A DNA stretch of 64,000 nt from an uncultured Chloroflexia bacterium (GCA_963843335.1 CAWJKF010000008.1:235187-299186); one strand, 5' to 3'. Positions 8,126 through 18,611 are shown, counted from the first letter of the stretch. The notes: generated by a model from the letters alone, not told the origin. Numbers and translations: made by a program.

Positions 8126-9007
8126 TCAGGCCGAGACCGAGAGTTCCCGGCAGGTGTTCGTGAGCGCGCCGATGCCCTCGATATCGATGGTCACGACATC
8201 CCCGTCACGGAGACGGTTGGGGGGCTGCTGGTAGACCAGCACACCTGATGGCGTGCCGGTCGCGATGACATCACCCGGCTCGAGGGTGAAGGCGCGCGAG
8301 CAGAAGGCCACGATGCGCGCGACGCTGAACACCATCTGCGACGTGTTCGAGTCCTGGACGGCGACGCCATTGAGGATGCCCTTGATGGCCAGCCGCTGCG
8401 GGTCCGGGATCTCGTCCGCGGTGGTGATGACCGGACCCATCGGCCCGAAGGTGTCGAGCGACTTCGCCCGCACGAACTGCTTGTCCGCTCGCTGCAGGTC
8501 ACGGGCGCTCACATCATTGACGCAGGTGTAACCGAACACGTACGACAGTGCGTCCGCCTCGGACACCCGCCGGGCGGTACGGCCGATGACGACGCCCAGC
8601 TCCGCCTCCAGATCGACCGACTTCGTGAGCTCGGGATCCCAATCGATGGTCGCGCCGGGTCCCACGATCGAGGTCGTGAACTTGGTGAACAGCATCGGCT
8701 CGACCGGCGGCTCGACGCCGCCTTCCTTGGCGTGATCGAAGTAGTTCAGGCCGACCGCGACCAGCTTTCCCGGACGGGTGAGCGGCGCGAGGATCCGGAC
8801 CGATGTTGCGTCGACCGTCGACGCGGCAGTGGCGCCGACGACCGCGGCACGCAGGGCGTCGAGGGCCGCTTCCCCGCCGGCGATGAGCGCCGGCATCGTC
8901 GACGCCACGCCCGCACCCAGGGCCGCCGTCGGCAGCAGCCGTCCATCCGGCCGCTCGACCGCGAGCCGTTCGGTGCCGTCGCCCTGCTGGAATGTGACGA
9001 GTCGCAT
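8126..9007 (-). CDS. Fumarylacetoacetate hydrolase family protein
   Basis: PGKLVAVGLNYFDHA, PMLFTK, DLEAELGVVIG, NDVSARDLQ, KSLDTFGPMGP and PGDVIATGTPSG. Confidence 0.92.
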   Translation of the reverse strand: MRLVTFQQGDGTERLAVERPDGRLLPTAALGAGVASTMPALIAGGEAALDALRAAVVGATAASTVDATSVRILAPLTRPGKLVAVGLNYFDHAKEGGVEPPVEPMLFTKFTTSIVGPGATIDWDPELTKSVDLEAELGVVIGRTARRVSEADALSYVFGYTCVNDVSARDLQRADKQFVRAKSLDTFGPMGPVITTADEIPDPQRLAIKGILNGVAVQDSNTSQMVFSVARIVAFCSRAFTLEPGDVIATGTPSGVLVYQQPPNRLRDGDVVTIDIEGIGALTNTCRELSVSA

Positions 9008-9046
9008 GATCCTCCCGAGCCTCTGTACGCCCGATGCGTGAACGGG

Positions 9047-10126
9047 CTACCGCGTGAGCGTGCCGCCACGGTAGCTGGATGTGTCGGCGTCCGGGACGCC
9101 AGCGGCCGCCCAGGTGTCGTCGGCCTCCCGGCCGCCGCGATCCCCCGTCTCCGCCAGCAGCACCCCCATGATGACGAGCGCGCCGCCGACGAGCTGGATG
9201 CCCGTGAGCGTCTCGCCCAGCAGGATGCTCGCCAGGATGATGGTGTAGACCGGTTCGACCGTGCTCAGTAGCGCCGCGCGTGCCGCCCCGATCCGCCGGG
9301 TGCCACCCAGGAATGTCTGGAACGCCACGGCCGAGAAGGCACCGAATCCGAACAGGGCCAGCCAGGCCTCGCTGGGCACGGCCGTGGGTGCCACATCGTT
9401 GCCGGCCAGGAGTGCCAGGACGGCCGCGGCCAGCGCGGTCGCGCTGGTCATCACGGCGGCGGACGGCAGGATGTCCGGGCCCGCCGTCACCACCTCCGCG
9501 TCCATGGGCACGATCTCGACGCCCTCAGCAGCCTCGTTGGCAGGACCGGTGGGCCGCTCCCCACCAAGCCGTGCGGCGAGCACGATCCAGATGGCATAGA
9601 CGATGGGGCACGTGAACGCGAGCAGCAGGCCCACGAGCGGGACGTCCTCCCCGGCGGGGATGCCGCCGACCGCGAGGGCGATGCCGAAGGTCGAGATGGC
9701 GAGCGCGATCCAGGCACGTCGCCCCTCCAGCCGGCGCGCGAAGCGGACCGAGAGCACGGCCACGAGCGCCGGATAGAGGTACGCGATGATCGAGACGAGC
9801 GGCACCGGCACCGTGCGCAGGGCGGCGGTATACGACCCCGAGTTGCCCACGTAGAGCACGCCGAGCGCCACCAGGATGAGCAGGCGACGGCGGCTGATGG
9901 ACCGCAGCGACCGGCGGCCGCTCGCACGAGCCACGAGCAGGACCCAGGCGACCAGCGCCGCGAACACGAAGCGCCACGTCAGCAGGGGCAGCGCCGTCAT
10001 ACCCGCGTCGTAGGCCACCCGCGCGAAGAACGGTCCGGAGCCGAAGAGCGCCGCCGAGAGGACCACCAGCCCGATGCCGGCGAGCTGGGCCGTCCGGACC
10101 GGGGGTCGGGGAGTCTCCGCGCGCAC
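9047..10126 (-). CDS. EamA/DMT-family transporter
   Basis: About 10 TM helices; IAYLYPALVAVL, RIGAARAALLSTVEPV and LLGETLTGIQLVGG. Confidence 0.88.
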   Translation of the reverse strand: MRAETPRPPVRTAQLAGIGLVVLSAALFGSGPFFARVAYDAGMTALPLLTWRFVFAALVAWVLLVARASGRRSLRSISRRRLLILVALGVLYVGNSGSYTAALRTVPVPLVSIIAYLYPALVAVLSVRFARRLEGRRAWIALAISTFGIALAVGGIPAGEDVPLVGLLLAFTCPIVYAIWIVLAARLGGERPTGPANEAAEGVEIVPMDAEVVTAGPDILPSAAVMTSATALAAAVLALLAGNDVAPTAVPSEAWLALFGFGAFSAVAFQTFLGGTRRIGAARAALLSTVEPVYTIILASILLGETLTGIQLVGGALVIMGVLLAETGDRGGREADDTWAAAGVPDADTSSYRGGTLTR

Positions 10127-10158
10127 CGCGCCGATGCTACAGGGGATATCGTGCCCCG

Positions 10159-11652
10159 ATGTCCGACCAGCCGACCGCATCCCGCGCCGTGCCTGCCCTC
10201 CTGGGCATCGACCTGGGTACCACGAGCGTCAAGGCGGCCTGCGTCGGTCCGGACGGGCGGCTCCTGGGACTCGGGCGAGCCGCTGTCCCGACCTTGACGC
10301 CGGGTCCGGGCACCGCGGAGCAGGATCCGGCCGATTGGTGGCGGGCCACGGTCAGCGCGGCCCGCGCCGCGCTCAGAGCAAGTGGTGGCGCTGGCGCGCT
10401 CGAGCTCCTGGGCATCTGTGTCGTTGGGCAGGGTCCGACGACCGTCGCGATCGATGGGGCGGGCCGGGCCCTGGGCATGGCACTGACCTGGCTGGACACC
10501 CGACCCGCGGCTGAGGCCGCCCATCTGAGCGCTGCCATCGGGCTACCGGCATGGCAGCTGGGCTCGCTGCCCCACGAGCGCTGGATGGCGCGCGAGGATG
10601 CCGACCGGCATGCCTCCGCCGCCGCGTTCCTGTCGCCCTGGGACTGGCTCACCCTGCGTCTCTCGGGCGAGACCGTGCGTGCGGTGCCCCCCGTGTCAGG
10701 GCACCCGACCGATGCCACATTGCATGCTGGTGGCGCGGACCCGGCGCGGTTCGGGCGTGCCGTGGAGTGGACGACCCTGGTGGGCACGACGTTGCCGACG
10801 CCTTCGGCAGAGCTGGGCGTCCCCACCGGCACGCCGGTCGTCGCCGGTGGCAATGATGCGCTCGCCAGCTTCCATGGCGCAGGACTCGTCGACCCCGGTG
10901 ACGCGGTCGACACGGGCGGCACGTCGGGTGGCCTGGGGGTCTACTGGGACCGGGAGCTGGACATCCCGGGCACGTATCGGGCGCCGGCCGGTCTGCCGGG
11001 GCTGTGGCTGTACGGCGGCGCCATGAATGCCATCGGCAAGTCCGTGGACTGGATCGGCGAGCTCCTCGCGCCGGCGGGCGGGGATGACCTCGACGCGCTG
11101 TTCTCCGATGCGGCGTCGACCCCGGCGGGCGCGGCGGGTCTCGTGTTCCTGCCATATCTCGCCGGGGAGCGGGCGCCCATGAACGATGACCGGGCGCGGG
11201 GCGTCTTCGCCGGGCTGTCGCTCATCCACGGTCGGGGGCACCTCACCCGGGCCGTGCTGGAGTCGGGTGGCTTCGCACTGCGCCAGGTGGCCGCACCCAT
11301 CCGCGAGCAGGGCATCCACCTCGAGCGATTGGTGATGTCCGGCGCGAACGATCGACTGCTGCCCCTGGCCCAGATGCGCGCCGACATCCTGGGCGTCCCG
11401 GTGGACGTGCCCGAGGTCCCGGACACGGCCGTCCTTGGCGCCTGCATCCTGGCCGCGGTGGGCACGCACGCCCATGCCGATGCCCGTGCCGCCATCCGGG
11501 CCATGGTCCGCATCACCGCACGCCTGGAGCCGCGGGCCGAGCTCACCGCGCGCTACGACGAGCTGTTCGGCGTCTATCGGGAGCTGTACCCGGTGACCGC
11601 GGGTCTGCTCCATCGGCTCGCCGACGTCGCCGACGCCTCGACCGGGGGCTGA
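10159..11652 (+). CDS. FGGY-family carbohydrate kinase (xylulokinase-like)
   Basis: LLGIDLGTTSVKA, AEQDPADWW, VVAGGNDA, DTGGTSG and FLPYLAGERAP. Confidence 0.9.
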   Translation: MSDQPTASRAVPALLGIDLGTTSVKAACVGPDGRLLGLGRAAVPTLTPGPGTAEQDPADWWRATVSAARAALRASGGAGALELLGICVVGQGPTTVAIDGAGRALGMALTWLDTRPAAEAAHLSAAIGLPAWQLGSLPHERWMAREDADRHASAAAFLSPWDWLTLRLSGETVRAVPPVSGHPTDATLHAGGADPARFGRAVEWTTLVGTTLPTPSAELGVPTGTPVVAGGNDALASFHGAGLVDPGDAVDTGGTSGGLGVYWDRELDIPGTYRAPAGLPGLWLYGGAMNAIGKSVDWIGELLAPAGGDDLDALFSDAASTPAGAAGLVFLPYLAGERAPMNDDRARGVFAGLSLIHGRGHLTRAVLESGGFALRQVAAPIREQGIHLERLVMSGANDRLLPLAQMRADILGVPVDVPEVPDTAVLGACILAAVGTHAHADARAAIRAMVRITARLEPRAELTARYDELFGVYRELYPVTAGLLHRLADVADASTGG

Positions 11653-11715
11653 TCGCCGATCCGGCCGTCCCAAGGCTCCCGCCTTACGGCGTATGCTGGC
11701 GGCCGGAGCGCCTCT

Positions 11716-11724
11716 GGTATCATG
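11716..11724 (+). promoter_or_regulatory. Extended -10 promoter element (TGgTATCAT) upstream of the FMN riboswitch
   Basis: tggtatcat lies about 20 nt before the 5' end of the aptamer. Confidence 0.45.
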
Positions 11725-11742
11725 TGCCGGACATCTTCACAG

Positions 11743-11899
11743 ATGCCTCCTTCGGGGTTGGGTGCGATTCCCGACCGGTGGTCGGTCCGAGCGGACGGGG
11801 TCCGTGATGGCCAGCCCACGACCCGGCGCCAGTCATGGCGACGGTGGATCCCCTGGCAGGGAGCCGACGGTGACAGTCCGGATGGGAGAAGGGTGGCAT
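11743..11899 (+). ncRNA. FMN (RFN) riboswitch
   Basis: ccttcggggttgggtgcgattcccgaccggtggt ... agcccacgacc ... ggagccgacggtgacagtccggatgggagaagg. P1 (atgcctccttc / gaagggtggcat) covers the SD-like sequence and an ATG at 11898. Confidence 0.92.
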
Positions 11900-12044
11900 G
11901 ACATGTCCGTCGACCGGCGCGTTCGCGTCCGTCGCCGACCTGCCGTAGCGCTCGTCCCCCTGACCGCCCCGTCGAAGGCCCGGTCATGGGTGGGACACGA
12001 CGCTGGACGACATCACGCTCCGGGGCATCGGACGCTCGTTCGCA

Positions 12045-12815
12045 TTGGCCGAGCGGCGACTCGTCGCGCTCGAGGCCATCGACCTGCACGTGCCCGCCGG
12101 TGATGTCGTCGCCATCGTGGGCCCGTCAGGCTCCGGCAAGAGCACCCTGCTGCGGCTCGTGGCCGGATTGCTGTCACCGGACGCCGGCAGCGTCGAGGTC
12201 GGTGGCGCCCTCGTCAGCGGTCCCGATCCGCGTATCGGGCTCGTCTTCCAGGAGCCACGCCTCATGCCCTGGCGGACCGCGCTGGACAACGTCTGCTACC
12301 CCCTGGAGCTCGCCGGTCGGCCACGTCCGGAGCGGGAGGCACGCGCCCGGGAGCTGATGACGCTCATGGGTCTCGATGGCTTCGAGACGGCATCACCGGC
12401 GCAGCTGTCCGGCGGCATGGCGCAGCGGGTGGCGCTCGCGCGCGCCCTCACCCTCGAGCCGCGGGTGCTGCTCCTTGATGAGCCTTTCGGCGCCCTCGAT
12501 GCCCTGACCCGCGACCGGCTGGATGCCGAGCTGCTGGGCATCTGGGAGCGACTGGGCGCCACCATCATCGTCGTCACCCACAGCATCCCGGAGGCGGTCT
12601 TCCTCGCGGACCGGGTCGTGGTGCTCTCCGAGCGGCCGGGCCGGATCATCGCCGACGTGCCCGTGGACCTGCCACGGCCGCGTGCCTGGGCTGCCATCGA
12701 CGAGGCGGCCTCGAGCCGCGCCGCGCACGCTGTCCGGGCAGCGCTGGAGGGCAGCGCACCCACCCCGGTGGATGTCCCGCACGCTTTTGCGGCTGTCGCA
12801 GGATCGGCCGTCTGA
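12045..12815 (+). CDS. ABC transporter ATP-binding protein, NitT/TauT type (true start probably upstream, near 11898-12009, hidden by an indel)
   Basis: [27 protein letters not shown] and [11 protein letters not shown]; in-frame [11 protein letters not shown] precedes the called TTG. Confidence 0.9.
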   Translation: MAERRLVALEAIDLHVPAGDVVAIVGPSGSGKSTLLRLVAGLLSPDAGSVEVGGALVSGPDPRIGLVFQEPRLMPWRTALDNVCYPLELAGRPRPEREARARELMTLMGLDGFETASPAQLSGGMAQRVALARALTLEPRVLLLDEPFGALDALTRDRLDAELLGIWERLGATIIVVTHSIPEAVFLADRVVVLSERPGRIIADVPVDLPRPRAWAAIDEAASSRAAHAVRAALEGSAPTPVDVPHAFAAVAGSAV

Positions 12816-13561
12816 TGCGCGACGTGCTCGCCGTCATCGCCCTGGGCATCCTGCTGCTCCTGGGCTGGCAGGTCATCGTCTGGGTCGGCGACTACCCCCA
12901 GTTCGTGCTGCCGGGGCCGCTCGCGGTCGCCGGACGCTGGTGGAAGGCCGTCAGCGACGGGACGCTCCAGCCACATGTCGTGACCACGCTCTCGGAGGTG
13001 CTGCTGGGTCTGCTCGTGGGCGTCAGCGCCGGCTTCGTCACCGGCTTCCTGCTCGCTCGCTCGGCCTTCGCCGAGCGTCTCCTGTCGCCCTATATCGTCG
13101 CCGCACAGGCCACGCCCATCCTCGCCCTCGCGCCGCTCATCGCGATGTGGTTCGGCAGCGGCATCCTGAGCAAGGTGCTCATCTGCGCGCTCATCTGCTT
13201 CTTCCCGATGGCCATCGCCACGACCGTCGGGCTGCGCTCGGTCGACCCGAGGTTGATGGAGCTGGGTCGCAGCCTGCGGGCGACGCGGCGCCAGCTCATC
13301 ACCACCATCGAGGTCCCGGCCGCCACGCCCCAGATCATGGGCGGGGTCAAGGTGGCCGTCACGCTCGCCACCGTGGGCGCCATCGTGGCCGAGTGGGTCG
13401 GTGGCGACAAGGGCCTGGGGGTGCTCATCAACCTCGCCCGGGGTGGCCTGTTCGATACCCCGTTGCTGTTCGCCACCCTGCTGACCATCGCTCTCATGGG
13501 CGTCACGCTCTACCTCATCGTCGTCCTCGTCGAGCGGCGACTCATCGGCACCCGCGCATGA
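12815..13561 (+). CDS. ABC transporter permease, probable riboflavin transporter (RibX-like)
   Basis: SsuC/TauC-type permease (QATPILALAPL, GAIVAEWVG) downstream of the FMN riboswitch. Confidence 0.85.
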   Translation: MRDVLAVIALGILLLLGWQVIVWVGDYPQFVLPGPLAVAGRWWKAVSDGTLQPHVVTTLSEVLLGLLVGVSAGFVTGFLLARSAFAERLLSPYIVAAQATPILALAPLIAMWFGSGILSKVLICALICFFPMAIATTVGLRSVDPRLMELGRSLRATRRQLITTIEVPAATPQIMGGVKVAVTLATVGAIVAEWVGGDKGLGVLINLARGGLFDTPLLFATLLTIALMGVTLYLIVVLVERRLIGTRA

Positions 13562-13614
13562 GCCCGGTGCCGTTCCTCGTCCGTCCCACCGGTCCACACC
13601 TACGGAGGTCCGTC

Positions 13615-14691
13615 GTGTCCGCGTCCCTGACCCATCATCGTGGTATCGCTCGACCACTCGCCGCACTCGCGCTCCTGGCCGCGGTGGCCCTGCCGGGTGC
13701 GGCACTGGCCGCCGGTCCGTCGCCGGCTGCCTCGGGAGCACCCGCGAGCCCGGCCCCGGCAGCCACCGGCCCGCTCACGCACCTGAGCGTCGGGCTGGGC
13801 TACATCCCCAGCGTCCAGTTCGCGCCCTTCTACCTCGCACAGCAGTCGGGCGCATACGCGGCGGCCGGCCTCGATGTCACGCTCCAGAACCAGATCGACC
13901 CGGAGCTCATCACGCTCGTCGGCCAGGGGGCCGTGGACATCGGCGTGGGCGACGGCACGAGCATCATCACCGCTCGCAGCCAGGAGATCCCGGTCCGCTA
14001 TGCCGCGCGCATCTACGCCCACTCCCCGAACGTCGTGGTCGCGAAGACGTCGAGCGGCATCACCAGCGCCGCGGACCTCAAGGGCACCAGCGTCGGCACT
14101 CCCGGCCGGTTCGGCAGCGGCTGGATCATGCTCCAGGCCCTCCTGACGTCGGCCGGCCTGACCACGGATGACCTGACCATCACCCTCTACCCCGACTTCG
14201 GGCAGCGCGTCGGCCTCGCCCAGGACCAGGTCCAGGCGGTGACCGGGTTCGTCAACAACGAGCCCGTCGTGCTGCGACTCCAGGGCACGCCCGTGAACGT
14301 CCTCACGGTGGACGACGTGGTGCCGCTGCCGGGTCCCGGGCTCATCGTGGGTGAGTCGACGCTGGCCGCGAAGCACGATGCCCTCGCCGCGTTCGTGGCC
14401 GTGACGCTCGACGCGATGCGCCAGATCCAGGCCGATCCCCAGGCCGGCCTCGACGCGACGTTCGCGGTCGTGCCCGATCTCGCCGCGGATCCCGTCACGC
14501 AGCGCGCCATCCTCGACGCGACCGTCGCGGCATGGTCGGACGCGTACACGGATGCGCACGGCCTGGGTGCCATCGACCCCACTGCCTGGGAGCGGTCGAT
14601 CGCCTTCATGACCACCATGCCCGGCAGTCCGATCGCAGGACCCGTGGTCGCCGCGGATGCCATCACGACGGAGCTGCTGCCGGCGAACTGA
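13615..14691 (+). CDS. NMT1/THI5-like substrate-binding protein, probable riboflavin-binding (RibY-like)
   Basis: GGAGG RBS, then GTG; LSVGLGYIPSVQFAPFYLAQQSGAYAAAGLDVTL; in the FMN-regulated operon. Confidence 0.85.
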   Translation: MSASLTHHRGIARPLAALALLAAVALPGAALAAGPSPAASGAPASPAPAATGPLTHLSVGLGYIPSVQFAPFYLAQQSGAYAAAGLDVTLQNQIDPELITLVGQGAVDIGVGDGTSIITARSQEIPVRYAARIYAHSPNVVVAKTSSGITSAADLKGTSVGTPGRFGSGWIMLQALLTSAGLTTDDLTITLYPDFGQRVGLAQDQVQAVTGFVNNEPVVLRLQGTPVNVLTVDDVVPLPGPGLIVGESTLAAKHDALAAFVAVTLDAMRQIQADPQAGLDATFAVVPDLAADPVTQRAILDATVAAWSDAYTDAHGLGAIDPTAWERSIAFMTTMPGSPIAGPVVAADAITTELLPAN

Positions 14692-14916
14692 CGCTGTCGC
14701 GCGCTTCGGGACCGGGTGTCCTACCCTTGACCGCCTGCACCGGGGGGAGCAGCCACCGCGCATCCCGACCGCTCCCCGGGGGCACCATCGGCGGCTGCGC
14801 CGGTACGCCCCTCCCATGGTTGCCGGATGGTTGCGCGCAACAACGTAGAATCACCCGGACCGCAACGGTCCATGCGTATCCCACAGGATCCCACAGGGAG
14901 GCCAGGTAGAGGGCCC

Positions 14917-16794
14917 GTGACCACTGACATCGTCACCCGCGACCAGACCCAGGACGTCCAGGACCTGGATCGCGTCACGATCCGGTTCTGCGGCGATTCC
15001 GGTGATGGCATGCAGCTGACGGGGACGCAGTTCACCCGGACCGCGGCCGTCTATGGCAACGACATCGCGACGCTGCCGGACTATCCCGCGGAGATCCGGG
15101 CGCCCGCCGGCTCGCTGCCGGGCGTCTCGGGCTTCCAGATCAGCTTCTCCTCCAACGACATCCACACGCCCGGTGACGCGCCCGACGTGCTCGTGGCCAT
15201 GAACCCCGCCGCGCTGCGCACGAACATCGGGGATCTGCCGCCCGGCGGGGCGCTCATCGTCAACAAGGATGCCTTCACGACGGCCAACCTGACCAAGGCC
15301 GGCTACCCCACCGACCCCCTGGCGGACGGGACCCTCAGCTCCTGGAGCGTGTTCGAGATCCCCATCAGCACCCTCAACGAGCGGGCGCTCGAGGGGCTGG
15401 ACATGACCAGCAAGCAGAAGGACCTGACCAAGAACTTCTTCGCCCTGGGCATCATGTTCTGGCTGTACGAGCGAAGCATGGAACCGACCCTGCGCTGGGT
15501 CGAGGCGAAGTTCGCGGCCAAGCCCATCTCGGCGGAGGCGAACAAGCGGGCGCTCAAGGCCGGCTACGCCTTCGGTGAGACGACCGAGATCTTCCATCAC
15601 CAGCACTACCGGGTGAAGCCGGCCCACCTGCCGCCGGGCACCTACCGGAACATCACGGGCAACGAGGCGGCCGCGCTCGGCTTCGTCACGGCATCCAAGC
15701 TCGCCGGTCGTGACCTGTTCTATGGCTCGTATCCCATCACGCCCGCCAGCGAGATCCTCCACCAGCTCTCGACGTACAAGAACTTCGGCGTGCGCACGTT
15801 CCAGGCGGAGGACGAGATCGCGGCCATCGGCTCGGCCATCGGCGCCTCGTACGGCGGTGCGATGGGCCTGACGGCCAGCTCCGGCCCGGGCATCGCGCTC
15901 AAGGCAGAGGCGATGGGCCTCGCGGTCATGGTGGAGCTGCCGCTCGTCGTGGTCGACGTCATGCGCGCCGGGCCGAGCACCGGGATGCCCACCAAGAACG
16001 AGCAATCGGACCTGCTCCAGGTCATGTTCGGGCGAAACGGCGACGCGCCCGTGCCCGTGGTGGCCCCGGCGACGCCGGGCGAGTGCTTCGACTACGCCGT
16101 CGAGGCGTGGCGTATCGCGCTCCGGCATATGACGCCCGTCGTCTTCCTCTCGGACGCCTTCCTCGCGTCGGGCTCCGAGCCCTGGCGAGTGCCCGAGCCC
16201 GCGGACCTGCCCAACATCTCGGTCCAGGGCTGGACGGACCGGGAGACGTTCCACCCCTACGACCGCGACCCGGTGACGCTGGCCCGGCCGTGGGCCGTGC
16301 CCGGCACACCCGGCCTGGAGCACCGGATCGGTGGCCTGGAGAAGGCCGACATCACGGGCAACATCAGCTATGACCCCGAGAACCACCACCGGATGACCCA
16401 GTTGCGGGCCCAGAAGGTGGCGCTCATCGCGGACGAGATCCCGGACCTCCAGGTCTTCGGTCCGACGCGGGGCGATCTGCTCATCCTCGGCTGGGGCTCC
16501 ACCTACGGCGCCATCCGGTCCGCCGTGGAGCGGCTCCAGACCGAGGGCCTGTCGGTGGCACACGCGCATCTCCGCCACCTCAACCCGTTCCCACGGAACA
16601 CGGGCGAGGTGCTGGCGAGCTACCGCCGGGTGCTCATCCCGGAGATCAACATGGGTCAGCTCCGACTCCTCATCCGGGGCCGCTACCTGGTCGACGCCGT
16701 GGGCCTCAACCGGGTCCGGGGCAAGCCCTACCGGATCGCGGAGATCGAGGACGCGGCACGCCTGATGCTGGAGCCCGAGGGGACCGCCCGATGA
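14917..16794 (+). CDS. korA: 2-oxoacid:acceptor oxidoreductase subunit alpha
   Basis: RFCGDSGDGMQLTG, YPAEIRAPAG, YGSYPITPAS, QAEDEIAA, SSGPGIALK, MRAGPSTGMPTK and WGSTYG. Confidence 0.93.
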   Translation: MTTDIVTRDQTQDVQDLDRVTIRFCGDSGDGMQLTGTQFTRTAAVYGNDIATLPDYPAEIRAPAGSLPGVSGFQISFSSNDIHTPGDAPDVLVAMNPAALRTNIGDLPPGGALIVNKDAFTTANLTKAGYPTDPLADGTLSSWSVFEIPISTLNERALEGLDMTSKQKDLTKNFFALGIMFWLYERSMEPTLRWVEAKFAAKPISAEANKRALKAGYAFGETTEIFHHQHYRVKPAHLPPGTYRNITGNEAAALGFVTASKLAGRDLFYGSYPITPASEILHQLSTYKNFGVRTFQAEDEIAAIGSAIGASYGGAMGLTASSGPGIALKAEAMGLAVMVELPLVVVDVMRAGPSTGMPTKNEQSDLLQVMFGRNGDAPVPVVAPATPGECFDYAVEAWRIALRHMTPVVFLSDAFLASGSEPWRVPEPADLPNISVQGWTDRETFHPYDRDPVTLARPWAVPGTPGLEHRIGGLEKADITGNISYDPENHHRMTQLRAQKVALIADEIPDLQVFGPTRGDLLILGWGSTYGAIRSAVERLQTEGLSVAHAHLRHLNPFPRNTGEVLASYRRVLIPEINMGQLRLLIRGRYLVDAVGLNRVRGKPYRIAEIEDAARLMLEPEGTAR

Positions 16795-17834
16795 CCGACA
16801 CCGCCGTCCCCGCCGGAGCCGCCGCGCTGCCGGTGCTCAATCGCAAGGACTTCGTGTCCGACCAGGAGGTCCGCTGGTGCCCCGGCTGCGGGGACTACTC
16901 CATCCTGGCCCAGACCCAGAAGGTGATGCCCGACTTCGGCTACCCGAAGGAGAACATCGTGTTCATCTCGGGCATCGGCTGCTCCGGCCGGCTGCCCTAC
17001 TACATGAACACGTACGGCTTCCACTCCATCCATGGCCGTGCGCCGACCTTGGCCACCGGCCTCAAGGCGTCGCGGCCGGACCTGATGGTGTGGGTCATCA
17101 CGGGTGACGGCGACGCGCTGTCCATCGGCGGCAACCACGTCCTCCATTCGATGCGCCGCAACGTTGACATCAAGCTCGTGATGTTCAACAACCGCATCTA
17201 CGGGCTGACCAAGGGCCAGGCGTCCCCGACAAGCGAGTTCGGCAAGAAGACCAAGTCGACGCCCGCGGGCACCATCGACCAGCCCATCGTGCCGCTGTCG
17301 GTGGCCATCACCGCGGAAGCGACGTTCGTGGCCCGCTCCGTGGACACCCAGACCGAGCATCTCCAGGAGACGCTCACCGCCGCCGGCTTCCACAAGGGCT
17401 CGGCGTTCGTGGAGGTCCTCCAGAACTGCAACATCTTCAACGATGGCGCCTGGCGCTCGTTCACGGACAAGGACGTCCGGGACGACGCGATGCTCGTGCT
17501 CCGGCACGGCGAGCCGATGGTCTTCGGCAAGGAGCGCGACAAGGGCATCCGCCTGCGCGGCTTCACGCCCGAGGTCGTCCAGCTGGGCGTCGACGGCGTG
17601 ACGGAGGCGGACCTGTGGGTCCACGACGAGACGGCCGAGGACCCCACGGCGGCCTACATCCTGTCACGCATGTGGGCGCCGCGGTTCCCGGTGCCGGTGG
17701 GTGTCTTCCGGCGTGTCCTGCGCCCGACGCACGACCAGCTGGTCCAGGGCCAGATCGATGACGCCATCGCACGCCAGGGCGAGGGCGACCTGCGCAAGCT
17801 GCTGTTCGGCGGGGAGACCTGGCAAGCATCCTGA
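16791..17834 (+). CDS. korB: 2-oxoacid:ferredoxin oxidoreductase subunit beta
   Basis: WCPGCGDYS, SGIGCSGR, SIHGRA, GDGDALSIGGNH, NNRIYGLTKGQ and QNCNIFN. Confidence 0.93.
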   Translation: MTDTAVPAGAAALPVLNRKDFVSDQEVRWCPGCGDYSILAQTQKVMPDFGYPKENIVFISGIGCSGRLPYYMNTYGFHSIHGRAPTLATGLKASRPDLMVWVITGDGDALSIGGNHVLHSMRRNVDIKLVMFNNRIYGLTKGQASPTSEFGKKTKSTPAGTIDQPIVPLSVAITAEATFVARSVDTQTEHLQETLTAAGFHKGSAFVEVLQNCNIFNDGAWRSFTDKDVRDDAMLVLRHGEPMVFGKERDKGIRLRGFTPEVVQLGVDGVTEADLWVHDETAEDPTAAYILSRMWAPRFPVPVGVFRRVLRPTHDQLVQGQIDDAIARQGEGDLRKLLFGGETWQAS

Positions 17835-18149
17835 GGCAGATGGCGGCGGATCGGCCGTGACCGCAGGCCGCCGGGCGGTCGTGGATCGACCGGAGGACCC
17901 AAACGACGGAGGCAGGCGGGGCGTGGACCCGGTCGGCCCCCTCTATGCCGGTTCGTCCGTCGGATCGCGGCTGCCCAGAGTCATCGTGTCGGAGCACGGC
18001 GAGCTGGATGGCCCCACGAGCGGCCAGGCTGCGGTACCTCCGTCGCAATGACTCCCCGGTGATCCAACGCGGGGCCAGCTCCGTGCCAGACGGCTGGTGT
18101 CCCGGGGGCACGTGATGCATCATCGGCGGATGCTAGGGAGGGTGACCAC

Positions 18150-18611
18150 GTGACCAGCATGCCGGACACCCCGGCCGGACCGCGGGTCGCGGTCGTCGCG
18201 GACGACCTCATCTGGGCCTCGCGACTCGTCGCGGCCGTCCAGCAGGCGGGCGCGACGCCGGTCCGGATGGGCACCGACCACGACGTCCTGATCGCGGTCG
18301 AGGACGGCCGAGCTGCCGGACTGCCGCCGACCCGGAACCCGACGCGTTGCCGGCCATCGCCGCGCGCCATCGTCGACCTCTTCGGTCATCGGTACGACGG
18401 TGTCGAGGCCGTCCGGCAGCTTCGGGGCATCGGCTGGCAGGTCCTCGCCGTGGCCCAGCACGATGACCAGGAGACGCGCACGCTGGCGCTCGACGCGGGT
18501 GCGCTGCGGGTCTTCTCGTACAACAAGTTCTTCCAGGATGGCCCGGCGCTCGTCACCCGGTTCCTGCTGCAGCCGCCCCCCGAGCAGTCGTCCCTGGAGG
18601 AGGGGTCCTGA
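18150..18611 (+). CDS. Stand-alone receiver (CheY-like) domain protein, possibly with an internal indel pair
   Basis: VAVVADDL, AIVDL, VLAVAQHDD and ALDAGA receiver-fold pattern. Confidence 0.55.
   Translation: MTSMPDTPAGPRVAVVADDLIWASRLVAAVQQAGATPVRMGTDHDVLIAVEDGRAAGLPPTRNPTRCRPSPRAIVDLFGHRYDGVEAVRQLRGIGWQVLAVAQHDDQETRTLALDAGALRVFSYNKFFQDGPALVTRFLLQPPPEQSSLEEGS

Noticed and set aside
17835-18149. Inverted-repeat pairs in the korB-receiver intergenic region (cgacggagg/cctccgtcg and others)
   Set aside because: The pairs cross rather than nest and share nothing with families A or B.
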